Source: Comamonadaceae bacterium
GTDB lineage: Bacteria > Pseudomonadota > Gammaproteobacteria > Burkholderiales > Burkholderiaceae_C
Assembly: GCA_013297985.1 (NCBI GenBank)
Contig: JAAFIY010000001.1
Location: 27,954 to 91,953 of the forward strand
Reading direction: 5' to 3'
DNA length: 64,000 nucleotides
Shown here piece by piece: positions 45,035-54,002 of this stretch; within the stretch, counting starts at the first letter, position 1, and every line of letters starts with the position of its first letter. The position numbers and the translations under genes were made by a program. Below the pieces are notes generated by a model. It was not told the origin of the DNA, did no database searches, and saw only the letters and a program-made list of their open reading frames with translations.

Positions 45035-46037
45035 TCTGCTGAGACCGCACAAGCGCAGCCCAGCGGGCAGCGTCTTCACGCATCAACTGCGCCATGCCAG
45101 CGGGCGTGCTTTCGCGGCTGGCAGGGTTTTGCACCTGCAGGCCCTGGGTGGCCAGGGCCGCCCGCACTTCGGGCAAGGCCAAGATGCGGCTGGTGTCGCC
45201 GTGGATGCGCTGCACCACGTCAGTGCCGGTGCTGGCAGGCGCCAGCAGGCCGTACCACAGATCGGCCTGCACATTGCGCACGCCTTGCTCGGCCAAGGTG
45301 GGCACATCAGGCGCCTGGGGCGAGCGCTGTGTGCTGGCCACCGCCAGCGGCACCAAGCGCCCCGCGCGCACATGCACCATGGCCACATGCACCGGCAAGA
45401 ACATGGCGGGCACTTCACCGGCCACCAGCTGCGTCACTGCCCCGGCGGTGCCAGTGAACGGGATGTGGGTAACAAAGATGCCCGCCTCTTTCTTGAACAG
45501 CTCAAACGCCATGTGGTGCGGCGTGGCCACGCCCGGCGATGCATAGTTTTGCTGGCCCGGATGCAAACGCGCCAAGGCCACGTAGTCGGCCACGCTGCGC
45601 ACATTGAGCTTGGGGTGCACCACCAGCAAAAAGGTGCCGGTGGCCTGTACGCCCAGGGGTGCAAAGTCGCGCAGCACGTCGTAGCGCAGGTTGGCAAACA
45701 GGGCTGGGTTGATGACCAGGGTGTTCACACCCATCAGCAGCGTGTGGCCGTCGGTGGCGCGGGCCACCGATTCAGCGCCAATGTTGCCGCTGGCGCCTGC
45801 GCGGTTTTCCACCGTGACGCTTTGGCCCCACGCCTCTTGCAAGCGGGGCTGCAGGGTGCGCGCCAAGATGTCGATGCCCGTACCTGGCGTGAAAGGCACC
45901 ACGATGCGCACCCCGCGTTGGGGCCAATTGGCCTGCGCTTGTGCGGTCAGGGGCAGCGTGCACGCAGCGCCAAAGGCCACGGCCTGTTGCAAAGCCGCGC
46001 GGCGTGACAAGGTGGATGGGAAAGTGGGGGATGTCAT
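45021..46037 (-). CDS. Bug/TctC-family substrate-binding protein
   Basis: Tat/Sec-like signal (SRRAALQQAVAFGAA) followed by WPQRGVRIVVPFTPGTGIDILARTL. ATG 46037 has the SD GAGGAG. Confidence 0.88.
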   Translation of the reverse strand: MTSPTFPSTLSRRAALQQAVAFGAACTLPLTAQAQANWPQRGVRIVVPFTPGTGIDILARTLQPRLQEAWGQSVTVENRAGASGNIGAESVARATDGHTLLMGVNTLVINPALFANLRYDVLRDFAPLGVQATGTFLLVVHPKLNVRSVADYVALARLHPGQQNYASPGVATPHHMAFELFKKEAGIFVTHIPFTGTAGAVTQLVAGEVPAMFLPVHVAMVHVRAGRLVPLAVASTQRSPQAPDVPTLAEQGVRNVQADLWYGLLAPASTGTDVVQRIHGDTSRILALPEVRAALATQGLQVQNPASRESTPAGMAQLMREDAARWAALVRSQQIKAE

Positions 46038-46108
46038 GGGTCTCCTCGGTGCACAAGAGAGGGTGCGCGTTTGTTGTTGGACTCTCAGCGCCGCGCAGGC
46101 CTCGGCCA

Positions 46109-47395
46109 TCAGCCCGCCGTGATGGCGCGGTAGTGGTCGGCGATGCTGCGGGCTTCATCGGCCGGCATCACCGCCTGCAGCCCGCCTGCGGTGTGTAGCG
46201 GTGCGCCGCCGGTGCGTTGGTGCACCCGCTCAATGATGGCGTCAGGCGGGGTGCTGCGGTTGGTGAGCACCACACGGGCGGTGATAGGTCGGCGTTGGGC
46301 TTCGTAGGCCTGCAGCGCAGCGGGGGTGGTGCCGTGGTCTGCCACCGCAGCGGCCAGCGCTGCGGCGTCGCGAATGGCTTGGCCCGCGCCATTGCTGCCG
46401 CGCGGCACCATGGGGTGGGCCGCATCGCCCAGCAAGGTGATGCGGCCATGCCAATCGGGGTGTTGCCACGTGGGCAAGGGGTCGCGGTCAACCATGGGGT
46501 ATTCCCAGACCGCGTCGGCACCGCGAATCAGCGCGGGCACGTCCAGCCAATCAAAGCGCCAAGCGTCAAAGTGCGGCAAAAAATCATCCAAGCGGCCCCG
46601 CTGGCCCCAGTCGTGTACGGCGGGTTGGGGGCATTCAAGCTCGGCCACCCAGTTGATGAGTTGCTGGCCGTCGGGTAGGTTGCGAATGGGGTAGATCACC
46701 ATCTTGCCCACGCTGAGCCAACCCGCGCGGACCATGGTGGCGCCATCCAAAAACGGCGGCGCCACGGTGGTGCCGCGCCACATGTTCACGCCGCTGTAGC
46801 GCGCCGCGCCTTCGTCCGGTGCCAGGGCTTTGCGCACCGCCGAGTGGATGCCGTCTGAGGCCACGATCAAGGCCGCTTGGTAGCGCTGGCCGTCAGCCGC
46901 TTCGGCCCAAGCGCCTTGGGCGTCGGCACCCACCGAGCGGATTCGAACGCCGGTACGCACCGCGCCCGCGCCCAGGCGCTGCTGCACCACTGCCAGCAGC
47001 ACCATTTGCAAATCACCCCGGTGAATCGACAGCTGCGGATGCGCAGCGCCGCCAAACTGGCCCGCAGCTTCGGCGTAGATCAGTTCGCCATGGGCGGTGT
47101 AGAAGGCGGCTTGGCGCGTGGTGATGGCGCAGGCCTGCAAGGCCGGCAGCACCTGCAAATCAGCCAGCACCGCGCTGGCATGGGGCATGACATTGATGCC
47201 CACGCCCAGCGGCAAGATTTGGCTGACGGCCTCTAACAACTGCACCCGCACACCGCGCGCATGCAAGGCCAGCGCCAGGCTCAGGCCACCAATGCCCGCG
47301 CCCAAGATGAGCACTTGCGGCGCGCTTAGGTCGGGGTGTGAAGGGGTGCCTTCAGCGCCAGATTGCGCGGCACCCAAATGGGCCGGGGTGGACAT
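46109..47395 (-). CDS. FAD-dependent aromatic-ring monooxygenase (salicylate/3-hydroxybenzoate hydroxylase-like)
   Basis: VLILGAGIGGLSLALAL dinucleotide fold, DGIHSAVR and GDAAHPM motifs. ATG 47395. Confidence 0.85.
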   Translation of the reverse strand: MSTPAHLGAAQSGAEGTPSHPDLSAPQVLILGAGIGGLSLALALHARGVRVQLLEAVSQILPLGVGINVMPHASAVLADLQVLPALQACAITTRQAAFYTAHGELIYAEAAGQFGGAAHPQLSIHRGDLQMVLLAVVQQRLGAGAVRTGVRIRSVGADAQGAWAEAADGQRYQAALIVASDGIHSAVRKALAPDEGAARYSGVNMWRGTTVAPPFLDGATMVRAGWLSVGKMVIYPIRNLPDGQQLINWVAELECPQPAVHDWGQRGRLDDFLPHFDAWRFDWLDVPALIRGADAVWEYPMVDRDPLPTWQHPDWHGRITLLGDAAHPMVPRGSNGAGQAIRDAAALAAAVADHGTTPAALQAYEAQRRPITARVVLTNRSTPPDAIIERVHQRTGGAPLHTAGGLQAVMPADEARSIADHYRAITAG

Positions 47396-47523
47396 GCGCC
47401 GCGATTGTGAACGCGAGGCGCTTGGCCCTTGCGCCACGCGGGCCTTCGCCGCGCGGGGTGCGGCTGCCCGCAGCGCGGGCACCCAAGCAGCGCGCCACGC
47501 GATGGTCGCGGGCCACCTTGGGC

Positions 47524-48063
47524 TTATTGCAAGCTCAAGCTGCCTGCTGCCTTGCCTTTGCCCGCGCGGGCCGGCGGGTTGCACAGGCCGCACACGTAGT
47601 GGCGGGCGTTTTCATAAGGCTCTGTCACAAACTGACCACCGCAGTGGCGGCAGCGGGTGGTGGTGAGCATGCCCACATCCACAAACTTCACCAAGCGCCA
47701 GGCGCGGGTAAAGCTCAACAGCGGCTCGATCTGCGAGCTGTTCATGTGGTCGGCGTACAGGCGCCAAGCGCGGGTGAGAGTGTCCACCATGTCGGCCTCA
47801 ACGCCCTTGGACAGGTATTCGTAGATGTTCAAAAACAGCGACGAATGGATGTTTTCTTGCCAGGTCAAAAACCAATCGGTGGAAAACGGCAATTGGCCTT
47901 TTGACGGGCTCTTGCCGGTGACTTCTTTGTACAGGCGAATCAGCCGTTCATACGACAGCGAGGTTTCGCTTTCCAGCACCTGCATGCGTGCACCCATGCC
48001 AATGAGCGCGGCGGCGCGGCTGACTTGGTTGGCATCGTCCAGAACGCTTTTGTTGGTGGCCAT
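47524..48063 (-). CDS. flhC: flagellar master regulator FlhC
   Basis: SVLDDANQVSRAAALIGMGARMQVL... and the zinc site CRHCGG...CGLC. Confidence 0.92.
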   Translation of the reverse strand: MATNKSVLDDANQVSRAAALIGMGARMQVLESETSLSYERLIRLYKEVTGKSPSKGQLPFSTDWFLTWQENIHSSLFLNIYEYLSKGVEADMVDTLTRAWRLYADHMNSSQIEPLLSFTRAWRLVKFVDVGMLTTTRCRHCGGQFVTEPYENARHYVCGLCNPPARAGKGKAAGSLSLQ

Positions 48064-48071
48064 GGTGAATT

Positions 48072-48135
48072 GCTCTCTTTTTGATAGCTGCTTCGGCAGA
48101 TAAATAGGGCGTAACAGGCGGTTTTGGTTTAAGCC
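48072..48135 (+). repeat. REP-like element copy inside the flhD-flhC spacer
   Basis: GCTCT-CTTTTTG-ATAGCTGCTTCGGCAGATAAATAGGGCGTAACAGGCGGTTTTGGTTTAAGCC. Confidence 0.75.
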
Positions 48136-48143
48136 TGCGCGGC

Positions 48144-48500
48144 TTAGAGCACTTCAGACACTTGGCCTGCCATCAAGATGTGGGCGTGCAGCTTGTTGAG
48201 CGATTCGTTGACCACCTTGCGGCCGCTGTCGTGGTTGGTCAGCAGGCCCCACACCAGGTTGTCGTCCACCCGCATGCGGCACAGCAGCGTGTTTTGGCTG
48301 GCCAGCTTCACCATCTGCTGGGGCGACAAAGCGGCCAAGATGTCGGCGCTTTCTTCGTTCATGCCCAGGCGGTACAGGGCTTCGGCCTTGTCGTGGCGAA
48401 TCAGGTTTTGCGCCAGCATCAGATAGCCCAGATTGGCTTCACGGATGTCGGCTTGCAGACGTTCGACAGTGGCGTTAGCAGTGATTTGGGGCGCGGTCAT
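48144..48500 (-). CDS. flhD: flagellar master regulator FlhD
   Basis: IREANLGYLMLAQNLIRHDKAEALYRLGMNEE..LA.LS..QMVKLA. ATG 48500 lies 6 nt after AGGAG. Confidence 0.9.
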   Translation of the reverse strand: MTAPQITANATVERLQADIREANLGYLMLAQNLIRHDKAEALYRLGMNEESADILAALSPQQMVKLASQNTLLCRMRVDDNLVWGLLTNHDSGRKVVNESLNKLHAHILMAGQVSEVL

Positions 48501-48697
48501 CACGATCTCCTGGTTTCGATGGTTTGAAGCGCTTGCAACACCTGCTGCAAATGCGTCAATCGATGGAAATGGATTGTGAAAACCGTCCCTTTTTCTGGCG
48601 AGTCGGTGCAGGCCTGTTTGGCGTGTCAGGTGTGCACCTACGGCGTGTAGGAAGAGCTCCTACAAGTGCCATGGAGCGGGTAGCTCAACGAGGCATC

Positions 48698-49096
48698 ATG
48701 GCGCCCATGAATGCCCCAAACGATGAAGTAGCCGCGCGTGCCGTGTTGCAACAGTGGTGTGCCGCCTTTGAAGCCGCCGACGCCAGTGCCATCGCAGCGC
48801 TGTACTGCACCGATGCGGTGATGTTTGGCACCACCACCCAGCAGGCACTTGTCGGGCGCGCGGCGGTGCAGGCTTACTTTGCCGCCGCTTTTGCGGCCTT
48901 GGGCCTAAGGCGGCTAGAGCTGAGCCAAGTCACGATGCAGGCTTGGTCGCAAGACACGTGGGTGGTGGGTGCGCTGGATGCCCTGCACCCCCTGCCTTCA
49001 GGGCCTGCGCTGCGGGGTCGGCTTAGCTTGGTGCTGCGACGCGAGGCAAGCGGCTGGCAGATTGCGCACTTTCACCGCTCTGCCCTGCCCGGCTGA
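48698..49096 (+). CDS. SnoaL-like / DUF4440 (NTF2-fold) protein
   Basis: 132 aa from ATG 48698. QQWCAAFEAADASAIAALYCTDAVMFG...GWQIAHFHRS. Confidence 0.7.
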   Translation: MAPMNAPNDEVAARAVLQQWCAAFEAADASAIAALYCTDAVMFGTTTQQALVGRAAVQAYFAAAFAALGLRRLELSQVTMQAWSQDTWVVGALDALHPLPSGPALRGRLSLVLRREASGWQIAHFHRSALPG

Positions 49097-49149
49097 TGCG
49101 CCCGCCATCGGCTTTTTGGCCGACTCTGGCTGCGCAGTGATGGCCAGCC

Positions 49150-50127
49150 CTACTGCGGCACCAGCCCGGCGGCTTTGACCAATTCGGCATGTAGCCTGAT
49201 CTCGCGGGCGATGATGGCTTGCAGGTCTTCGGGCGAGCTGGGTGCCACTTCCATGCCGTTGTTGGTCAGTTGCGCACGCAGTTCAGCATCCAGGGCTGCA
49301 GCCACTGCCGCGTTGAGCTGATCCACCACAGCGCGCGGCGTTTTGGCTGGTGCCAGCATGGCGATCCAGGCCGACTGCACCAAATCGGCCACGCCGCCTT
49401 CGGCCATGGTGGGCGTGTTGGGCAGCACGCCGGTGCGCTGCGCGCTCATGACACCCAGCGCATGCAAGGTGCCAGCGCGTACATGGGGCAAGGCTTCGGG
49501 CAACACGGCAAACATGGCATCCACACTGCCCGCCAAGGTGTCGTTGATGGCCAGCGCCCCACCGCGATAGGGCACATGCAACATGCGCACGCCGGTGCGT
49601 GCCGCGAACATCAAGCCGCCCAAATGCTGGGGGCTCCCATCGCCAGAACTGGCAAAGGTGATTTGCCCCGGCGCCGCCCTCGCGGCCGCCAAGAACGCAG
49701 CCAGCGTGGGGTATTTCTGCCGGTCTTTCACCACCAGCACCATCGGCTGGTTGACCAAGCGCGATATGGGGATGAAATCAGCCTGCGGGTCATAGGGCAA
49801 GGCCTTGAACACGCTCACATTGGTGGTCAAGAAGGACGCAGGTGACACGGTCAGCGTGTAGCCATCGGCGTGCGCCTTGGCCACTGCGGGCATGCCAATC
49901 TGGCCCGAACCGCCGCCCCGGTTGTCGATGACGAAAGGCTGCCCCAAGGCTGCCGCCAGCTTCTGGCCCACCGCACGCGCCACGGCATCGACGCTGCCGC
50001 CCGCAGGTAGGGCAACCACGATCCGCACCGGGCGGTCGGGGTAACGCCCTTGGGCCAAGGCGGGGCCAGCCAGCGCACAAGCGCCCAAGCCACCGGTGAA
50101 AAGCAAAGTGGTACGACGGTTAAGCAC
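49150..50127 (-). CDS. Bug/TctC-family substrate-binding protein
   Basis: Signal peptide followed by YPDRPVRIVVALPAGGSVDAVARAV. Confidence 0.88.
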   Translation of the reverse strand: MLNRRTTLLFTGGLGACALAGPALAQGRYPDRPVRIVVALPAGGSVDAVARAVGQKLAAALGQPFVIDNRGGGSGQIGMPAVAKAHADGYTLTVSPASFLTTNVSVFKALPYDPQADFIPISRLVNQPMVLVVKDRQKYPTLAAFLAAARAAPGQITFASSGDGSPQHLGGLMFAARTGVRMLHVPYRGGALAINDTLAGSVDAMFAVLPEALPHVRAGTLHALGVMSAQRTGVLPNTPTMAEGGVADLVQSAWIAMLAPAKTPRAVVDQLNAAVAAALDAELRAQLTNNGMEVAPSSPEDLQAIIAREIRLHAELVKAAGLVPQ

Positions 50128-50252
50128 GGGCGTTCTCCTTTAGTGACGAGCACACAGCGCCGCCGAGCGCGGCGCGCGTGTGTGTATCAAACCAAGCGAG
50201 AAGCATGCCGCACCGCAAGGCTTGGCACCGGTGCCAAACCCAGCTGGCCGAC

Positions 50253-51743
50253 CTACAGCAGCCGACGCACCAGCTTGATCACCGATTCAAACCGGCGGCC
50301 GTAGGGCGGGTAGAACAAATGCCCCAGGCTCAGGGGAGACTGCACCAGCACGCTTTTTTCGTGGGTAAAGCGCAAAAAGCCCGCTTCACCGTGATAGCCG
50401 CCTAGGCCCGAGTCACCCACGCCGCCGAAAGGCAGGCCTTCATGGGCAATGTGCATCAAGGTGTCGTTGATGGTGACGCCGCCGCTGGTGGTGGACTCCA
50501 TCACCCGCCGCTGCTCAGCCGCGTCGCGGCCAAACCAATACAAGGCCAGCGGACGTGGGCGCGCATTGATGAACGTAGTGACTTCCGTGCGATTGCCGTA
50601 GCCCACCACTGGCAGCACTGGGCCAAAAATTTCTTCTTGCATCAGCGCCATCTCGGGGCGAACCTCAAACACCAACACCGGCTGCATTTGGCGCGACGCA
50701 GCGGGCGCGGCCTTGGCGCGGCGCTTGGGCGCAGTGGCCGCTGATGCAGGGGCCGCCGCAGACGGCCCCACCGGCACGATGCGCGCGCCCTTGGCCTGTG
50801 CGTCGGCCAGCAGATCGCGCAAGCGCTGGGCGTGGCGTTCGGTGATGAGGGCGCAGTAATCGGGGTTGCCTTCGATGGTGGGAAACATCTGCGCCACAGC
50901 GGCGGCATAGGCTTCACCAAACACCTGCTCACGGCCCTGGGGCACCAGCACGTAATCGGGCGCAATGCAGGTCTGCCCGGCGTTGAGCAGCTTGCCGTGG
51001 GCGATCTTCAGCGCGGCGTCGGCCAAGTCAGCGGTGATGTCCACGATGGCGGGCGACTTGCCACCTAGCTCCAGCGTGGTGGGCGTCAGGTTGACGGCTG
51101 CAGCTTGGGCCACTTTGCGGCCCACGGCGGTGGAGCCGGTGAAGAACAAGTGGTCGAGCGGCAGCGCGGCCAGCGCGGCGGCCACAGTGGCGTCGCCCTG
51201 CACCACGGCCAATTCATCCGGGGCAAACACGGCGCCGATCAAATCGGCCAGGCATTGCGAGGTGTGGGGCGTGAGTTCGCTGGGCTTCAAGATCACCCGG
51301 TTGCCCGCGGCCAGTGCGGCTGCGGTCGGCGCCAAGGCCAGTTGCACCGGGTAGTTCCACGGGCTGATGATGCCCACCACCCCCACGGGCTGGCGCTGCA
51401 CATGGCCACTGGCCGGGCGCAGGTACACCGGCGTGCTGGGGCGTTTGGGCTCCATCCAACGCTTCAGGTGCCGCAGGTTGTCGGCCAGGCTGGCGCGCAG
51501 CACCATCATGTCGGCCACCTCGGTCAGGTTGGGCCCCCGCACGCCAAAGTCTGCCGCCACCGCAGCCTTGAGCTGGGCATCGTGCTGCTGCACCAAGTTT
51601 TGCAGGCGCAGCAAGCGGTCACGCCGCTGTGCGTAGGTGGGCGCGGCGTGGTCACGGCTGGCGCGGTGCAGGTGGTCAAACAAAGCGCGCAGCGCGGCGC
51701 CGTCGGCCGCTTGCGCCACCTGAGGAGCGGGGTTTTTCGTCAT
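50253..51743 (-). CDS. aldehyde dehydrogenase (class-3 / coniferyl-aldehyde-DH-like)
   Basis: ELGGKSP, the catalytic-Cys context GQTCIAPDY and EEIFGPVLP. It contains a low-complexity Ala/Pro insert of about 25 aa. Confidence 0.9.
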   Translation of the reverse strand: MTKNPAPQVAQAADGAALRALFDHLHRASRDHAAPTYAQRRDRLLRLQNLVQQHDAQLKAAVAADFGVRGPNLTEVADMMVLRASLADNLRHLKRWMEPKRPSTPVYLRPASGHVQRQPVGVVGIISPWNYPVQLALAPTAAALAAGNRVILKPSELTPHTSQCLADLIGAVFAPDELAVVQGDATVAAALAALPLDHLFFTGSTAVGRKVAQAAAVNLTPTTLELGGKSPAIVDITADLADAALKIAHGKLLNAGQTCIAPDYVLVPQGREQVFGEAYAAAVAQMFPTIEGNPDYCALITERHAQRLRDLLADAQAKGARIVPVGPSAAAPASAATAPKRRAKAAPAASRQMQPVLVFEVRPEMALMQEEIFGPVLPVVGYGNRTEVTTFINARPRPLALYWFGRDAAEQRRVMESTTSGGVTINDTLMHIAHEGLPFGGVGDSGLGGYHGEAGFLRFTHEKSVLVQSPLSLGHLFYPPYGRRFESVIKLVRRLL

Positions 51744-51848
51744 ACCGGCATGCTAGGGGCGCCAAGACCCTGCGGTTTAGAGGTGGTCTTCCAACTCAGG
51801 GCGGGGATCACCCCAGCCACCACCTCGGCTGTCAGCCCTCACCTGCCC

Positions 51849-52763
51849 TCAAACGCGGGCCGTTTGCGCCACCAAAAAGTCCACAAATGCCCGCACCCGC
51901 GCCGACAAATGCCGGTTGTGCGGGTACAGCGCACAAAACGGCCGCGTGCGGCCGCCGAAGGGCTGCATCACCTCGACCAACTGGCGCTGGGCCACCCAGT
52001 CGGCCGCAATGAAGTGGTAGATCTGAAACAGCCCGCCGCCCGCACGCGCCCAGTGCACCGCGCCCACCACGTCCTCGTGCACGCGGCGTCGGCTGGTGAA
52101 GGCGAAGTCGATGTCTTCGCCCGCAGCGCGAAAAATCCAGGGCATGGGCCGCCCGCTGCTGGGCAGCACGAACTGAATCAGTTGGTGCTGGCGCAGCTCA
52201 TCCAGGCTTTGCGGCGTGCCGTGGCGCTTTAAGTAGCTGGGCGATGCAAACACGCCCAGCGTGGCGTCTTCCAGGCGCCGGGCAATCAACCGCGAGTCTT
52301 TGGGCTCGCCCAGGCGAATGGCCACGTCGTAGCCCTCTTCAAAAAAATCCACATTGCGGTTGGACACGTTCACTTCCACGCTCAGCTTGGGGTACAGCTG
52401 GCTGAAGGCGGGCAACAGCGGCATGAGCCGGTAGTTGGCATAGGTGGTGGGCGCGCTGATGCGCAAGCTGCCGCTGGGCTCGGCTTGGTGGCCGGTGATG
52501 GCGCGCTCGGCCTCAGCAATTTGGTCGAGCGCCTGTTGGCACTGCGAGCGGTACAGCTCGCCGTCATCCGTCAGGCGAATGCTGCGGGTGGTGCGGGCGA
52601 ACAATTGCACCCCCAGGCGCTGCTCTAGTCGGGCAATCGATCGGCTCACGGCACCCTGGGTCAGGCCCAGTGATTCGGCCGTCTTGGTAAAGCTCTGCAG
52701 ATCGGCGGCGCGGCAAAAAAGCTCAATGCTGCCGAGCTGGACGGGTTCAAAGCTGCGATTCAT
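51849..52763 (-). CDS. LysR-family transcriptional regulator
   Basis: HTH FCRAADLQSFTKTAESLGLTQGAVSRSIARLE. ATG 52763. Divergent from the DJ-1 gene. Confidence 0.88.
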   Translation of the reverse strand: MNRSFEPVQLGSIELFCRAADLQSFTKTAESLGLTQGAVSRSIARLEQRLGVQLFARTTRSIRLTDDGELYRSQCQQALDQIAEAERAITGHQAEPSGSLRISAPTTYANYRLMPLLPAFSQLYPKLSVEVNVSNRNVDFFEEGYDVAIRLGEPKDSRLIARRLEDATLGVFASPSYLKRHGTPQSLDELRQHQLIQFVLPSSGRPMPWIFRAAGEDIDFAFTSRRRVHEDVVGAVHWARAGGGLFQIYHFIAADWVAQRQLVEVMQPFGGRTRPFCALYPHNRHLSARVRAFVDFLVAQTARV

Positions 52764-52882
52764 ACATGCCTTTGTGTAATGAATAAATTGCTTTGTAAGC
52801 CATTTATATTCATCCGAAGCATATCTAAAGTTCAGCTGTCGTCTGTTGTTGACGCCACCTGCCCCATCCAAAGGAAGCCCCC

Positions 52883-53593
52883 ATGACCCGCCGCATTTTG
52901 ATGATCGTCACCTCCAACGCCCAGATGGGCGACACCGGCAAGCCCACTGGCTTTTGGGCCGAAGAGCTGGCCACGCCCTACTACGCGCTGCAAGACGCTG
53001 GTGCACAGATTGATCTGGCCTCGCCGCTGGGCGGCGCTGTGCCGGTTGACCCCAGCAGCGTCAAGCCGCGCGGGCAGAACGCGCCGGTGGTCGAGCGCTT
53101 CTTGGCCGACACCGCGCTGCAAGCCGCGTTGGCCACTACCGCCGCAGCCCAGGCTGTAGACGCAGCGGCCTACGACGCGGTGTTCTTCCCCGGTGGCCAC
53201 GGCACCATGTGGGATTTGCCGGGCGACGCGGGCGTGACCCATGCGGTAGAGGCCGCCTTTGCGGGCGGCAAGCTGATCGCGTCGGTCTGCCACGGTGCCG
53301 CCGGTTTGGTGAGCGCCAAGCGACCGGACGGCCAACCGGTGGTGCAAGGCCTGCGCATCAACTCATTCACCGACGCAGAAGAGGCTGCCGTGGGCCTGAC
53401 CGGTGTGGTGCCCTTTGCGCTAGAAACCCGCCTGCGCGAGTTGGGCGCCACATTTGAGGGTGCCCCCATGTGGCAAGCCTTTGCGGTGCAAGACGGCCCC
53501 TTTATCACCGGCCAAAATCCGCAGTCGTCTGAGTTGGTGGCGCATGAACTCTTGCTGGCCTTGGGGCTACAGCCCTTGCGCGCCGCCGCCTAG
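52883..53593 (+). CDS. DJ-1/PfpI-family (type 1 glutamine amidotransferase-like) protein
   Basis: ILMIVTS...TGFWAEELATPY...FFPGGHG...ASVCHGAAGL (nucleophile Cys-His). Confidence 0.85.
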   Translation: MTRRILMIVTSNAQMGDTGKPTGFWAEELATPYYALQDAGAQIDLASPLGGAVPVDPSSVKPRGQNAPVVERFLADTALQAALATTAAAQAVDAAAYDAVFFPGGHGTMWDLPGDAGVTHAVEAAFAGGKLIASVCHGAAGLVSAKRPDGQPVVQGLRINSFTDAEEAAVGLTGVVPFALETRLRELGATFEGAPMWQAFAVQDGPFITGQNPQSSELVAHELLLALGLQPLRAAA

Positions 53594-53663
53594 TGATTCG
53601 GCTTGAGTGGGCCTGTGGCCCCGCTCATCCGATCTGCCCAAACCAAGCACCAAGGACCTTGTG

Positions 53664-53978
53664 ATGATCTACGAACAGCGCACCTACAGCGTCAAGCCTG
53701 GCATGTTGGCCGCCTACCTCAAACTCTTTGAAGAAGTGGGCCTGCCGGTGCGGCGCCACTGCGGCGAGTTGGTGGGTTTTTGGTTCACCGAGTTGGGCGA
53801 ACTCAACCAAGTGGTGCACATCTGGGCTTATGAAAGCCTGGACCAGCGCGCTGCCCTGCGCGAAGACATGATGCGCAACCCCAAGTGGGTGGATGACTTC
53901 TTGCCCCAGGCCATGCCCATGCTCAACCACATGGAAAGCAAAATTTTGGTGGGCGCGCAGTTTTCACCGCTGCGCTAA
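53664..53978 (+). CDS. NIPSNAP-family protein
   Basis: MIYEQRTYSVKPG...NQVVHIWAYESLDQR. The SD AAGGA lies 7 nt upstream. Confidence 0.8.
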   Translation: MIYEQRTYSVKPGMLAAYLKLFEEVGLPVRRHCGELVGFWFTELGELNQVVHIWAYESLDQRAALREDMMRNPKWVDDFLPQAMPMLNHMESKILVGAQFSPLR

Positions 53979-54002
53979 CGGGCAGCGTCACTCACGGGCG
54001 GC

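Noticed and set aside
48082-48110. Sigma-70 promoter inside the repeat elements (TTGATA ... TAAATA)
   Set aside because: The spacing between the hexamers is only 14 nt in the two copies where TTGATA is present (48072 and 59624), too short for a sigma-70 promoter.
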